From: Histomonas meleagridis 2922-C6/04-290x
Taxonomy: Eukaryota > Protista > Parabasalia
Direction: 5' to 3'
NCBI GenBank assembly: GCA_020184695.1
Contig: JAANOX010000117.1
Span: 62,001 to 126,000, forward strand
DNA: 64,000 bases
The notes beneath the pieces were generated by a model. The model had not been told where the DNA came from. It did no database searches and was given only the letters and a program-made list of their open reading frames with translations. Shown here one piece after another: positions 10,901 to 22,007 of this stretch. The stretch's first letter is position 1, and the number at the start of each line of letters is the position of its first letter. The translations under genes and the position numbers were made by a program.

Positions 10901-12745
10901 TGAATTTTGTAATATTTTCCCTGTTAATGAATTAGTATACCAATTAACACTTAATAATAAATCTTTAATTTCAGGAAGTTTCGAAAATTCTAATATTAAA
11001 TTCGGTATATCTAAGATAGATGACATTGTTGAGTTCCGTATATTCGATAATAAAATTGATATCCCTAAAGATGTCGAAAGTTTTATAATAGAAAATGGAC
11101 CTAATTCGAAATTAGATTTAATACTATTTAATGATATGGCAGCAATTGGGAAATTATATGATTCTAATGATATTAAAAGTTGTTGAACATTAATTTTGAT
11201 TTCATTCACTTCATTTAAGCGTATTGACGTTTGATATCGTAATACTGAATTAGGAACAATATTAGGAAATGATGTTAATGGCTCAGGAAATAAGATTTGC
11301 CATCGACATCCAGGAATTAATTGTTCTTCTGGTATTCGAAATGATATAATAGATGATTTAGATTCAAATGAACATAACGCTATAAATGTATTATATGTTG
11401 GCTCATATATACGTAATTGTAATTTGGCGCGTTTCATCGAATCATCAAAAATAAAACCAGTTGGAATAATTGGCGTGTCAAATTCAAATTCAATGGAACG
11501 TGACATGACTTTAAGATTTGGTAATTCATTAAATGATAATGAATGATCTTCAAACCCATACTCAGGAGCGACCGTTTCGATCTGTTGGGGTGCCCCAATT
11601 TCGGGTATTTTAATGGACTTAAGCACTTCAAGAAGTTCTTTCTGTGCTGGAACTGAAATACGAAATGAGTCAATATCAACACCAACTTTAGTACGACGAT
11701 TTTCTTGATTTAGGTTACCTTTAATATCAAGAGAATCAATAATTGTATGAACTTGATCAAGATATTGAATTTGAATATTTACAGCAGATACAATAAATTC
11801 ACCATCTTTGATCTTAGCAGATCCAATTTGAATAATGGCATCAAGTGAAGTTACTAAACTAACTTTGATATTAATATCTTTAACATCAATCTCAAGATTT
11901 GGTAATGGAGAAAAACCTGGTTGTGGTGGAGCTGCAAATTTGTTGATAATATTAATTACAGATGGAATTATATCCAATTGGGCAAAAAGATTTATTGGTG
12001 TCGATGATTTTACACAAATATTATTATTATCGTTAATAACAATGTCTGCTGATATTGGCGAAGGAATTAAATCGAAGAAAATCGGATTTTCGCTTTCAAT
12101 GTTATCAGAAAATTTGGCAGTAAGATTTGTAATTTTAATTTTTGTGGAATTCGGTTCAACGATATGAACAACTATATCAAGGTCATCTGCTAATAAAGAA
12201 AGTCTTGTTTTGTTACAAATTATTGATCCTCGAATTTTTTTTCCTTTGATAATTGTATCGGTTGGAGTAAATTGTAGGCTAAAATCTTGAACTATAAGCT
12301 CTATAAGAATTCCTTTGATCTCTAATTGGAAAAATATGCCATCAACTTGTATTAAAATATTTGATGTTAATTTGGTTAAAAACGTTTGTTTTTGCTCTAC
12401 GTTGGAAGTAGGAGGTTCAAGTTCAGGCTCTTGAGCTTTTTGCTCTTCAACATCTTCAATTCCAATTCGAATATCAACAGAATGTAATTCAAAAGTTAAA
12501 GGATTAACACCAGCAGAAAATAATGGAATTTTAACAGAAAGCCTTGATGTGGTGATTTTTTTGATATTTACCGTGCCACCTGATTCTGAGATAACTTTGT
12601 TTAAACCATTTGGATTTAAGTCAATATCATCAATAGTTGCTTCACCTTTCCAGATTGGAAGTGAATCAATTTTGATTCCGCTAACATAGTTCTTTGCCAA
12701 AGTCTTTAGAAGTGTATTTGTTAGCGAAAAAATTGGTTTAAGCAT
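7964..12745 (-). CDS. VPS13: VPS13-family bridge-like lipid transfer protein (about 1593 aa from ATG 12745)
   Basis: Chorein-N-like start (LAKNYVSGIKIDSLPIWKGEATIDDIDLNP) and VPS13/ATG2 C-terminus (SLIGNPANIV..GIGKG..GIFKGAGKGILGLVTVP). Confidence 0.8.
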   Translation of the reverse strand: MLKPIFSLTNTLLKTLAKNYVSGIKIDSLPIWKGEATIDDIDLNPNGLNKVISESGGTVNIKKITTSRLSVKIPLFSAGVNPLTFELHSVDIRIGIEDVEEQKAQEPELEPPTSNVEQKQTFLTKLTSNILIQVDGIFFQLEIKGILIELIVQDFSLQFTPTDTIIKGKKIRGSIICNKTRLSLLADDLDIVVHIVEPNSTKIKITNLTAKFSDNIESENPIFFDLIPSPISADIVINDNNNICVKSSTPINLFAQLDIIPSVINIINKFAAPPQPGFSPLPNLEIDVKDINIKVSLVTSLDAIIQIGSAKIKDGEFIVSAVNIQIQYLDQVHTIIDSLDIKGNLNQENRRTKVGVDIDSFRISVPAQKELLEVLKSIKIPEIGAPQQIETVAPEYGFEDHSLSFNELPNLKVMSRSIEFEFDTPIIPTGFIFDDSMKRAKLQLRIYEPTYNTFIALCSFESKSSIISFRIPEEQLIPGCRWQILFPEPLTSFPNIVPNSVLRYQTSIRLNEVNEIKINVQQLLISLESYNFPIAAISLNSIKSNFELGPFSIIKLSTSLGISILLSNIRNSTMSSILDIPNLILEFSKLPEIKDLLLSVNWYTNSLTGKILQNSYSCFNSSLSLRIPTINVNFVPSLIFDFINFLNNFSVSEIIPYRIKNNCNMSFYYQISDINELVTIESYKENTIIFKPNQMHYIYFPSFFTKIIFNTTGIYHLNDDFYVTVELNSSYSYELNILSSYQFVNKLQTNLEININDNLFDKVLQNNEKLCIIKQSFLNIKIRLPKITDWSSEANINEENDYIFSTDVMNMLPSNYLCMPTFSCLMKYKKKTFYCNNETYHQIIKYNFVPILGIQNNLDIRLITSIGSIPPKVFLNISSIQNNQIILNNEHIIDLNFPFKKPINLIMEGIPILINSLPNKNVLIISPLYIFKNKTNVRLYFKVYNLTETIVESEQKVPLMFNGEVQWISIGYDDNENICYSAPIPIPSKKEFTIKTSFGSLFLFASFTETRATIKSTTIILNESKETIYVKPSSKVDPGSRIQLLTWRTKYPSASFGFSRNVGFTKPITLSTTELLKRKFVMNEIGQSLYYLTYSLQSTIKPYLIIFHHDPSPPLIIINESLINYQIYFNKKTISITPKNKIFLPKIPEILKIGNIGNDPFTISLLYPIESIIRQNNTELYVRVEKRANQVIVTFSQTYLSPIPKYPQIKLSFFISTFKIYFFNDFINPGIPIHSYTITISPLASNIIIIPNTQIEINFSLDTLQIDNIQNYQKFPVIIRKSTDLPLVQLTAKFMNQFNEGFIIDNMNFNLQPLHISIEENLVRFVLQLITLLTPTTNKIEIENDINDDKIQNKLIPLYIKNLLFNETKIILSLATQSIINADFQKIPIFLSQYLINDIELFQTKLFQQLIFHYVSDVLAAIPSVIASLSLIGNPANIVNKSIAGVKEFYNQAFLMSDSLLFGIGKGSMNLLKGVTTGALEGFVGFTNTLEKSLSKFKFFDEEPNQRVIDELAHAISGMVTLPVREFHQQGVPGIFKGAGKGILGLVTVPATAFFSILKKTGVILLDKVGDEKIEEDLRLEKEAKELPTFTIE

Positions 12746-12954
12746 TTTCCAATTTTTGGTTTTAGTTCCACTTTTTCTATACGAATAAACCGCTTTAATT
12801 TTTTGCAAAAAATCGATCTTCGTTTTGATTATGGAGGTATCTGTTCAAATTAAATCATCAAGTATTATTACATGATGATTACCTATTTTTAGATAACCTA
12901 TTATGATATTATTTTTAAAAATGATAACTATTTTAATCTTAAAAAAAAATCATT

Positions 12955-13221
12955 TCATCATTAGAAAGAGTTATCATTGGTGAAAATGTAACAACAATTG
13001 GTGATTTTGCATTTCAATACTGCTCTAATCTTGCATGTATATATTTTAAAGGTAATACATCACCAACATTTCAAAATGATTATGTTTTTGATGGTGTATC
13101 AGTAAAATATGTTATGACATCAGATTTATATGAAAATGCAGCATTTGGTACACTTGATGTATCTAAAGGCTCATCAATTGAAGGATGTGCTCTATATACA
13201 TGGCCAACACACACATTCACA
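12955..13221 (+). pseudogene. Isolated BspA fragment: last LRR, cap domain and start of stalk
   Basis: SLERVIIGENVTTIGDFAFQYCSNLACIYFKGNTSPTFQNDYVFDGVSVKYVMTSDLYENAAFGTLDVSKGSSIEGCALYTWPTHTFT. In-frame TAA at 12940 upstream. Confidence 0.85.
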
Positions 13222-13439
13222 GTACAACAAATGTTTTATTTTTAATTTTATTTCCCAGGGCAGAAAAATTTTTCAAGGTAGCTCTATAGAATACAAATAT
13301 TTTTTGAGCAAATTAGAAGGTAATAATATAAAATATTTTTTGAGTAATAATTCTCTTTAAATACTTGAAGGAATAAAAAATAGTTAAAGTTGAAAAGATT
13401 AATAATAATTTATAATATATATATATATATAATGCGCAA

Positions 13440-15175
13440 AAAATGCAATTTTTTTTTATTCTTTCAATGTTTTTTAAAATGCATTTCTTTTTATTGAAAT
13501 TAAAATTAATGATATAAAAACATATCTAAAAGAAATTTAATGTTTATTCTAAAAATAGAAAATGGCTTTAATATCGCATATATTTCTTTTATTGCTAATT
13601 TAATATTTCAATAAAATTACATTTGCACAATAAATTTATCTTCTTTGAAATCATCAGCAAAAGGATCTTCTTCAATTGTTGATATAGAAATTCCTGTTGC
13701 AAATGTATTCGTGGTTTCTTTTTTGTTGACATTTTCTTCTGAACTTTCGTTTTTAATATTTTCTGATTTTTTGTTTCGAGTTCGAATCAGTAATACGACA
13801 AGTAGTGTTATAATAATTATAATTATAATAACAACACAAACAATAATAATAATTGATGTAATATTATTATCATTACTGAGGAATTCATTTATATTAATAT
13901 ATGTATAGAAATTTGAATAATAATTATAATATGTTGTATAAATAACAATGTGTAATCATAATAAATAAATAAATAAATTTAGTTTCAATATATGAAAACA
14001 TTGAATTACTTAAAAATAATGAAAATGATATTATTTGCGTTTCATAAACAGTTAATGAATGAGTAATAGATACTGAAATGGTTATTATATAAGAAAATGA
14101 TAAAGTTAAATAACTTTGAAGTGATTTTATAAATGTATTCGACCTAGTGAATGTATATGATTTACTGAATGAGTTTGATTGAATATATGTGTTTCATTGT
14201 GTATATGTGTTTGATTGTGTATATGTATTTGAACTTGAAAATGAATGTGTAAACAATGGTATGCAGACTCCTCCTTCATAATCATTCACTGTAAATGGAC
14301 CAAATCTTTCATCATCATATGTTGGATATGTAAGAACTGTTGCGTTAACTGAAAAAAATGCACTTTCTCCAATCGATGGTCGTGAAATACCATAAAAATA
14401 AATACATTGAAGATTATAACATTGCGAAAATGCACCATTTGCAATCACTGATAATCCTGTGCAAAGTGTTAATATCTTTAACCCATAACAACATGAAAAT
14501 GCTGATGTTCCAATGAATTGAACTGAATTTGGAATTGTAATATTTATTATCGATATACAGTTTGCAAATGAATTATCTCCAAAACTTGTTAATCCTGTGC
14601 CAAATGTCAAAGTGTCAAATTATAACAATTTGAAAATGCTGCGGACCCGGTTTTTGTTACTGAATTACTAAATTTAACACAAACTATTGGCCATTCAATA
14701 ATAGCGCTACCCGGAATTATAGTAATATTTTCACCAATAATAATATTTTCAGTTATATTTGCATAAGAATTTATATTATTAGAATCATCATCATTTTCGA
14801 TTAAAAGCGTTGAATTATCATAATTGAAAATTATTTGATAAGAATGCATGAAAAAAAGAACAAATACAAATACAAAAATATTTTCGTTTTTGTTTTCTTT
14901 TGTTTTCAATTCATCATCTTTTTGATAAACTTTTTTCTGAATCATTGAATTTTTCTGAAGGAATTTGATGTAAACCGCTATCAACAGCATTGAAAAAATT
15001 GTGTTAATGTGAAGTAAACAATTGAATGCAACTGATTCAAAATTGTTGACGTTGTGCATCAAAAAAGAAAAACAAAATTTCCAATGTAATAATGATACAT
15101 ATTCATAATATCGATCCAATATTTGTAGAGGAAGGATACGTTGATCAAATGTATTGATTTCACTTGATTGTTCAT
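13440..15175. repeat. About 1.7-kb inverted duplication, partner at about 53730-55465
   Basis: Colinear reverse-complement similarity across the CDS and about 170 nt of 3' flank. Confidence 0.9.
13617..15175 (-). pseudogene. BspA-like gene (subfamily C), frameshifted inverted copy of 53537-55288
   Basis: 1-nt deletion near 14610, 8-nt TTTA expansion near 13970, in-frame TGA at 14194-14196, and truncated 5' end relative to the other copy. Confidence 0.85.
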
Positions 15176-16055
15176 TCTACTTTTTGACAATAGTATGACC
15201 GGCGGTCGTAATTATGTGAAGAATAAAGTCGTTAAGCTGATAAAATAAAACATCCGATTCGAATCTGATCAACCAATTAATGGAATGAAAATGTCTTTTT
15301 AATCAGCAGTTCAACACAAGGATTATAGCAAATATTTGAATATGAGAGAGTTAGTCCTATTCATATTTGAAATTATACTTGCAGTATTTCGACTGTAACT
15401 TTTTTGATTTAATGGAAACCGAACTATTTCATAAAGAATTTGAATTTTAGAAATTATCTATTCATGTTTTATCGCTTAAAATTTATAAATTTTTTGTAGT
15501 TTATAAATTATTTATTAAGATATTTCTATTTTTATTTCCACTTATCGAAATGAAAAGTGACGAATAAATTGGTGGGGACTGATCCCCTTCTAATTATCTG
15601 CAAATCTATCAGAAAAAATTCATAAATTCATGGATTGAAATGAACAGCTATATTTTAAATGATTTTTTTTTGAATAATTTTCGAGAATTTGAGAAAAAAT
15701 GAACGAAAATATATGTACGATTGAATTTAATTTAAAAAGTTATCAAATTTAAAACACCAGCAGCTATTAACGATTTAGGGTACCTCATGCTAAAACCTAT
15801 AGAACACACAAATGCTCAAATACATATACAGCATTATTTAATTAGTATAGCTCTACCAAAAACCAATAGTAAAAATTCTTTATTTATTATTACAAAGTAA
15901 TGATTTTTATCACGGTTTTTTTTTCATTTGCCTCCTCCGATAGAGTAAAATGAATGGAAAATCATCGTATTCATATTCAAAAACTGGAGTACTTTTATTC
16001 AACTACAAAACAAATTTAAATTTCAACATTATATACACTAAAGAATTTTTATTTC

Positions 16056-17450
16056 TTATTTAAAAGAGTTAATTGCATCTAATACTCCCTGATAAGTAGA
16101 GATTACTGCAGCGACAAGGCCAAAAATCCCCAATAGTATGCACAATATATTTTTCCAGTGTCCGAAGCCTTTATCCTTGTGTGTGAACAGCCAAAACAAT
16201 GCCGGATAGACAAAGTCAACCAAACATCCGCCGAGTGCTCCACCAACACTAAGAATTGGCTTAGCAGTCGGCAAGAACATCGCTAACAGCAATGCTATAA
16301 TGTGCGTAAGGAACAGTACTAAGGCCCTTTTGCCCCATGGAAGTCGTTCTGGTGAATTATCCTTGAACACAAGTTGATCCCATGCGCCCATCACACTTTG
16401 CGAAACCATCGGATATGCACAGGAAACAATGATAAAGAAAGCAACGCGGACAATGATGATAACAATGTCATTATCAGGAAATGATTTCAATACATTTCCA
16501 TCGCAACTAGTCCCAAAGTTTAAATACCCGAAAACTCCGGAAATACAAACTAAAAATGCACAGATGGCAATGGAAAAGGTGGAAACAATTTTCCGCTTCC
16601 TGATATTTGTATCGAATAATCGTAATGGTGGTAAAACAACTGCTGGTAATGCAAAGGAAAGTCCGTAAATGGAAAGAGAGGAGAACGCAGTGATGTCAAA
16701 TTTGGCATATGTAACTGTCGCTTCAAATCCATGATTTTTAACCATGAAATCAATGCTCTTGTAAATAATAACGACAACAAAGAAGGTGACGCAGAAGACT
16801 GTGGCAGTGGAAAAGTATTGAAGAAAGCTGATGTTCCGTGGAATTGTTAATGCGATTGGAAGTACAACGGCATATATTAAAATGGAAATGGCTCGAATCC
16901 ACGTAGAGGACTCTAAGTCAATACCACCGAGTTTGAACCATGAAAAAAAACTGTCACCTGCAAGAATTAAATATGAAGTAAGTGCAGTGATTAAGAATAA
17001 TAGGTTTAAAATTGAAAGAGAAAGTGAGCCAGGTTTGCCTAAAATCTTAAAAGCAAGTTCACTAAGACCTGTAGCGCCTTTTTTATGTGCTAAAATAATA
17101 ACCATGAAAGTAGCTATAAGAGAAAGGACAGCCATGATAACAAGAATTAAAATAGATATAAAAATACCACAGTTAATGAACGAGTTTGGAACACTTAATA
17201 TACCTGCACCAATCATTGAATTGAGAAGGTTCATAACTGTTGCAACAGCTGAAACTTTAGGAGCTTGTTCAGATGTTTCTGGACTTTCTTCTTCCTCAAG
17301 CTTTTGAAGGTCTTCATGGTCATGTGGTCCTTCTTCATGAGGATTAATTGGACTATGAGGTAGACCATCAGCTCCAATTGAGAGCTTACGATCTTTCTCA
17401 TGAGAAGCATCGATGTTTGATGGCTCAGGAAGATCTTGATCAATCTCCAT
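16056..17450 (-). CDS. Amino acid transporter, AAAP/SLC38 family
   Basis: NLLNSMIGAGILSVP, about 11 TM helices, FGYLNFG..GNVL and GALGG motifs. Confidence 0.92.
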   Translation of the reverse strand: MEIDQDLPEPSNIDASHEKDRKLSIGADGLPHSPINPHEEGPHDHEDLQKLEEEESPETSEQAPKVSAVATVMNLLNSMIGAGILSVPNSFINCGIFISILILVIMAVLSLIATFMVIILAHKKGATGLSELAFKILGKPGSLSLSILNLLFLITALTSYLILAGDSFFSWFKLGGIDLESSTWIRAISILIYAVVLPIALTIPRNISFLQYFSTATVFCVTFFVVVIIYKSIDFMVKNHGFEATVTYAKFDITAFSSLSIYGLSFALPAVVLPPLRLFDTNIRKRKIVSTFSIAICAFLVCISGVFGYLNFGTSCDGNVLKSFPDNDIVIIIVRVAFFIIVSCAYPMVSQSVMGAWDQLVFKDNSPERLPWGKRALVLFLTHIIALLLAMFLPTAKPILSVGGALGGCLVDFVYPALFWLFTHKDKGFGHWKNILCILLGIFGLVAAVISTYQGVLDAINSFK

Positions 17451-17970
17451 GAAGGTGCGGTGTGGTTAACTTTGGCTGTCGATAGAGGTGGTTTCTTTAT
17501 CGCTTCTCAAAATAAAACAGAAATTTTGGTTTTTGTATGGATGTTTAATAAATGTAATGAAAATTCTTTGGTATATTATTGCTGTTTTCATTAAAAATTA
17601 AATAAAAAAGTTGATATAATAAAAAAGTAATAAAATATTTGTGTTTATATATTTAATATTTTACAACGAATTCAAAATTTGATATGAAGTCAACTTTTTA
17701 TTTAAAGATATATCGTTTTTTTTGTAAAGTACACTATTTGAAAATGACACCCGTGTAATCGTTAAAATTTCTATTGATAGCTGGTCGATTCAAGTTTTAG
17801 AGAGAATTGAAAACTTGTTTTATGCCGTTAACGTCGTTCGACTTCACTTCAAATTAGTACCCCCAACTTTTTCTTCTTGTTGAAATATATACATATATAT
17901 ACATATATACATATAGTTTCAGAATGAAAAAGCATGTAATTTCGAATCCTTAATACCTCTTTAAGTAGAA

Positions 17971-18351
17971 TTAATTTTCAAATGAATTGTTTTTTTCCAA
18001 TGATGATGCAAGTGAAATTACTGCATCATAACAACTTTCAAATGGGATTTGCATATCATCAAATCCAACAATATAAAAATCAGAGCATTTTGCAACAACA
18101 AAGTTTTTGCAATTTTTCTTCCCTATCATTACTTTATTAGTTACATTTATTATTGCATACCTTTCTCCTTGAAAATAAATTCCTTTATATTTTCCATATG
18201 AATTTTGATTAAATGCTTCAATGAGTGAAGCCAGATCTTTTTGTTTAGGATAAAAACCTGGAGTAGAAGACCAAACCATTCCATTTCTATCAAAAATAGC
18301 ACCTCCAATCACTTTCCCAATTAGTGGATCAGTGGATCTCCAAAGAGACAT
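17971..18351 (-). CDS. Profilin-like protein (divergent)
   Basis: 126 aa with W near the N-terminus, GAIFDRNGMVWS and GIYFQGERY, fitting the profilin pattern. Confidence 0.75.
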   Translation of the reverse strand: MSLWRSTDPLIGKVIGGAIFDRNGMVWSSTPGFYPKQKDLASLIEAFNQNSYGKYKGIYFQGERYAIINVTNKVMIGKKNCKNFVVAKCSDFYIVGFDDMQIPFESCYDAVISLASSLEKNNSFEN

Positions 18352-18630
18352 TATTGAATTTTATGGATTTTTATGCGACTTTTACAGCGTTAAATTTTTA
18401 TGAATAAAATTTGATTTTTAAAAATAATTTCGCATTCTCTTAAAAGAAACAATTGACGTATTAATTTTTCATAATAAATAAAACTAAGTTTTCACATAAT
18501 TTTTAACATTTGAAAATAATTAGAATCAGCAAAACATAAATTTTATTTTTAAAAACATGTTCATCCAAAGTCTAAATCGGAAATAAAAAAAAATATTTGT
18601 AGCATTTTGATGTTTAAAGATAATGATTAT

Positions 18631-19017
18631 TTATTTGCGTTGACGACGAACATTGTCCCTAACAACAACTCCTTCCATTTTGTCAAGGCCAATCGAAGCA
18701 AGCATGGCTTTTGTGTCTGCATCAACGCTGATGGTTGGTTGATCAAGTTGTGAAATTTTTGGCATCCAGTTATCACGTTTTTCACGTTCTTCCTCTTGGA
18801 GTTTAAACGAGATTCCACGAACTGGACCACGTTCAAGGCGGCGCATTAAATGAGTAACATAACCTGCAATCTTATTTCTCATTCTCTTTGATGGAATTGT
18901 TGCAACTTCATCACATACACGTTTGTTGTCTTGAAAATCAAAGCTAAGTTGACCATAAAAACGTTCGATAATGAGACGTGAAGCTCTTTTTGTTGTCTTA
19001 GTCCTGATTCGACCCAT
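18631..19017 (-). CDS. RPS17: 40S ribosomal protein S17 (eS17)
   Basis: [68 protein letters not shown]. Confidence 0.98.
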   Translation of the reverse strand: MGRIRTKTTKRASRLIIERFYGQLSFDFQDNKRVCDEVATIPSKRMRNKIAGYVTHLMRRLERGPVRGISFKLQEEEREKRDNWMPKISQLDQPTISVDADTKAMLASIGLDKMEGVVVRDNVRRQRK

Positions 19018-19024
19018 TCCCTAC

Positions 19025-19029
19025 AAAGG
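19025..19029 (-). promoter_or_regulatory. M5-like core promoter motif CCTTT just upstream of the RPS17 ATG
   Basis: CCTTT 7 nt before the ATG. M5 is a described Trichomonas vaginalis core promoter element associated with translation genes. The motif is short, so chance occurrence is possible. Confidence 0.5.
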
Positions 19030-19126
19030 CCATACATTAAACGTCTCCCTTATTGACATAAAAAATTGAATGTTTTTAAAATGGCATTTTCCAAAAATAC
19101 GTTATTTTCGGTTTCATATTCAAAAA

Positions 19127-19879
19127 ATGTCTGATATTGAAGAAGAAGATGATGAATTAAATATTGGTCAATACGAGGGCGAACGAGATGAAGCTGGACA
19201 GCGTTCAGGATTAGGAAAAATGATATTTAAAAATGGTGATGTTTATGAAGGAATGTATCTTAATGGAATGAGAAATGGCAAAGGCAAATATACTTGGAAA
19301 GATGGTGGCATGTATGAAGGCGAATATCTTAATCATAAACGAAATGGTTTTGGAATAATGCATTATCCAGATACTTCCATTTATCAAGGTATTTGGTTTG
19401 ATGGGTGGCGTCATGGCAAAGGCACATATACTTATCCAAACGGTGATACATATGAAGGTGAATGGCAATATGGGCGTCGTCATGGTCATGGAATATATAC
19501 GGTTGCTAATGATGGCTCTGTTTTTGAAGGTGAATACCGCAGAGGTCGCCGTCATGGAATGATGAAATGGACTCTCAAAAACGGTCTTGTTTACACAGGG
19601 ATATTCCAGAATGATCAACAGCTTGGCAGAGGAAAATGGGAATACGCCGGTAAATCCATTGCCCAACACGGTGAGTATGTTCGAGTTGACGGTGAATTAG
19701 AGGAAGAAGAAGATATTGAAGAGCCAATTGAGGAAGAAGATCTCGATGACTTAATAGAACCAGAAGAAGAAATACCACAGAAATATCCAACAGTATGGAT
19801 GCCAGATGTTGAGCTTTCACACGACTTCGACGAGCTTAATACAACACCTTCATGGTATCTTATGAGTGTCGAAGAATAA
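19127..19879 (+). CDS. RSPH1: MORN-repeat radial spoke head protein 1 homolog
   Basis: MSDIEEEDDELNIGQYEGERDEAGQR.., about 7 MORN repeats, QHGEY and an acidic tail. ATG 19127 is preceded by an Inr-like TCAT. Confidence 0.8.
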   Translation: MSDIEEEDDELNIGQYEGERDEAGQRSGLGKMIFKNGDVYEGMYLNGMRNGKGKYTWKDGGMYEGEYLNHKRNGFGIMHYPDTSIYQGIWFDGWRHGKGTYTYPNGDTYEGEWQYGRRHGHGIYTVANDGSVFEGEYRRGRRHGMMKWTLKNGLVYTGIFQNDQQLGRGKWEYAGKSIAQHGEYVRVDGELEEEEDIEEPIEEEDLDDLIEPEEEIPQKYPTVWMPDVELSHDFDELNTTPSWYLMSVEE

Positions 19880-20264
19880 TAAATCGTTTTAACTTATGAT
19901 AAATTTGTATTTTCTAAATTTATTTGTCTTTTTAAAAGAAATCCTTTGATAAGAAGTTGATCATATTCTAAAGAATCATTATTTTGAGTAAAATATGTTA
20001 CAAGTTACAATACAGTTTAATATTTGAAATTAGGTTTAATAATAAGAATTTGCAAAAAGTCAACTGAAAAAAGTTTAATTAAAAATCAAAATCATTAAAC
20101 ATGATTGTAAATATGAATACCAGAAAAAAAAGAACGATCATTTTTATTGAAATTCTTTTAAAAAGTTTCATCGCACTTTTGTTTATTTCGTTTGAAAATA
20201 TTTTTGACCAAAAATTGCAAACAGAAAAATTCAGAAATAATTTATGAAAGAATTTTTCTACAAA

Positions 20265-20990
20265 TTACCAAAACCTCTTTTTCTTCTTTGGCTGGTCGAT
20301 ATTAACAATTTTGCTGAATTCGTCAAGTGCATCTGGATCAGGATGAGAAAAGAAATATGAACGCTTCTCAGGCAGCTTAACGTCTACTTGAAGCACGAGC
20401 TCGCGGCCATGCTTGTTTTGAAGTAACTTGACATTTGTTACGCTAGATATTTTGAAGCGACCAAGTTTTTCGCCTAATGTTGGATCTGCAAAATATGTTA
20501 TTTCAGATTCATCAATGTAAAAATAACGCCATCGCCAAATATTTGTCATTGTAACTTTTGATAATTTGAGTAATGCTAAAAATTTTTGATGACTATTATA
20601 AAATGAAACTTCGTTAACTGGAGACCACTCTGGAGAAACATTAATTAACACTGCTTCACGAAAGCCTGTAATCCAATTCCATTTTTCTTGATCGGATTCT
20701 GCTGCAAAATATAATACACGACCATCTTTTTTGGTAATTGTAAAACAATGAGCGATTTCCGGATTATTGTAGGAATCAATTTCTGATATGTCTGATAATT
20801 TAATTTTCTTCCTCCATTTTGATGAGTCTCCTGGGGGACCATACCTGAAAAGTCCATCTTCGCCAACAACAAATTGTCTATCTTTGTAGCCCTGCATTGC
20901 ATGACGGCCTTTTTTCTTGATGGTGCCTGCCATTTTCTTCATGGTGACGATAAATGCACCATCGTTTGATAAAAACCGTTTATTTAACAT
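20265..20990 (-). CDS. Tandem PH-domain protein (start uncertain; ORF open to 21092)
   Basis: Two PH folds: KDRQFVV..HCFTI..LYFAAESDQEKWNWITGFRE and WRWRYFYI..YFFSHPD. Confidence 0.75.
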   Translation of the reverse strand: MLNKRFLSNDGAFIVTMKKMAGTIKKKGRHAMQGYKDRQFVVGEDGLFRYGPPGDSSKWRKKIKLSDISEIDSYNNPEIAHCFTITKKDGRVLYFAAESDQEKWNWITGFREAVLINVSPEWSPVNEVSFYNSHQKFLALLKLSKVTMTNIWRWRYFYIDESEITYFADPTLGEKLGRFKISSVTNVKLLQNKHGRELVLQVDVKLPEKRSYFFSHPDPDALDEFSKIVNIDQPKKKKRFW

Positions 20991-22007
20991 AATTTTCAAT
21001 GTATTGAAAAACAGATAGATAATCATATCAATTCTGGGCTGGGTGTACCCCAACAAGAAAGATATTTTATGAAAATACAGAATAAACATCATTTTTTGAT
21101 GATATCATTCAAATTTAAATGCAGGTTACAAAACACATCATGAAAAATGTTGTTGAATATTGAAACGATTTTATTTAATGTTAATTTTTAAATAACAAAT
21201 AGAAAACGATTATCCAGAGTATAAGAATAACATAAGAATGATTATTTGCATATTTTTTGAAAACGCATGCGTTATTTAAAATTTTAAATTTTTAATATAC
21301 AATATGTTACAGGGAGAACTTAGGGGATATATAAATTTGAGCCTTATGCTTTGAATCTTCCATAATAGCTTCACTTGAAATATAAGTAATTTAAGTGGAT
21401 TATTTCACATATGTTTTATGTTTTTTAAAGCTTATTTCAATTAAGAATATATAAATATATATATATATTCTTTATATGTATGGCTTTTAAATCTGGATAT
21501 GTCACACAACACGACTACATCCACAAAACATCCAACCTTTTTTCAGAATATGTTAAAACATACAATTTTTTCTCTAGATTAACCCATCTGATGAAAATTT
21601 AAATCTTCTAAGTCTTTCAAATTCCTAATTTTTTAAAATTTTATTTTTTTAGCAAAATAACTACAAACATAGGAAAGACTGTGCTTAAAGATATGCATTG
21701 ACCCAATGATCATGTGAAGAGATTCATCCTTTTTCATAAGATGGGAAAATATCTAGGAGAGTCATATAGCTTTAATGCCAAATGAATTACCACCATTACA
21801 AATAATTGTAATACTCCTCATTAAATTCACATCTTCTTTTTGTTGGCATTGGTGGTTGTTATGTTTTTTTCTGTACAGTTAATAAATCATTTGTGTTTTA
21901 ATGATACACATATCCATTAAATCATGATCATATGGAATGATATGAATTAAACGCTCAAAGCGACATTATTACAAAAGCTAAAAAAATAATTTTTTTAATG
22001 ATATAAT

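Noticed and set aside
21690-21900. Possible decayed hAT/BED transposase N-terminus (PTKRRCEFNEEY..)
   Set aside because: Too fragmentary, with multiple stops and no catalytic motif or TIR recognised.
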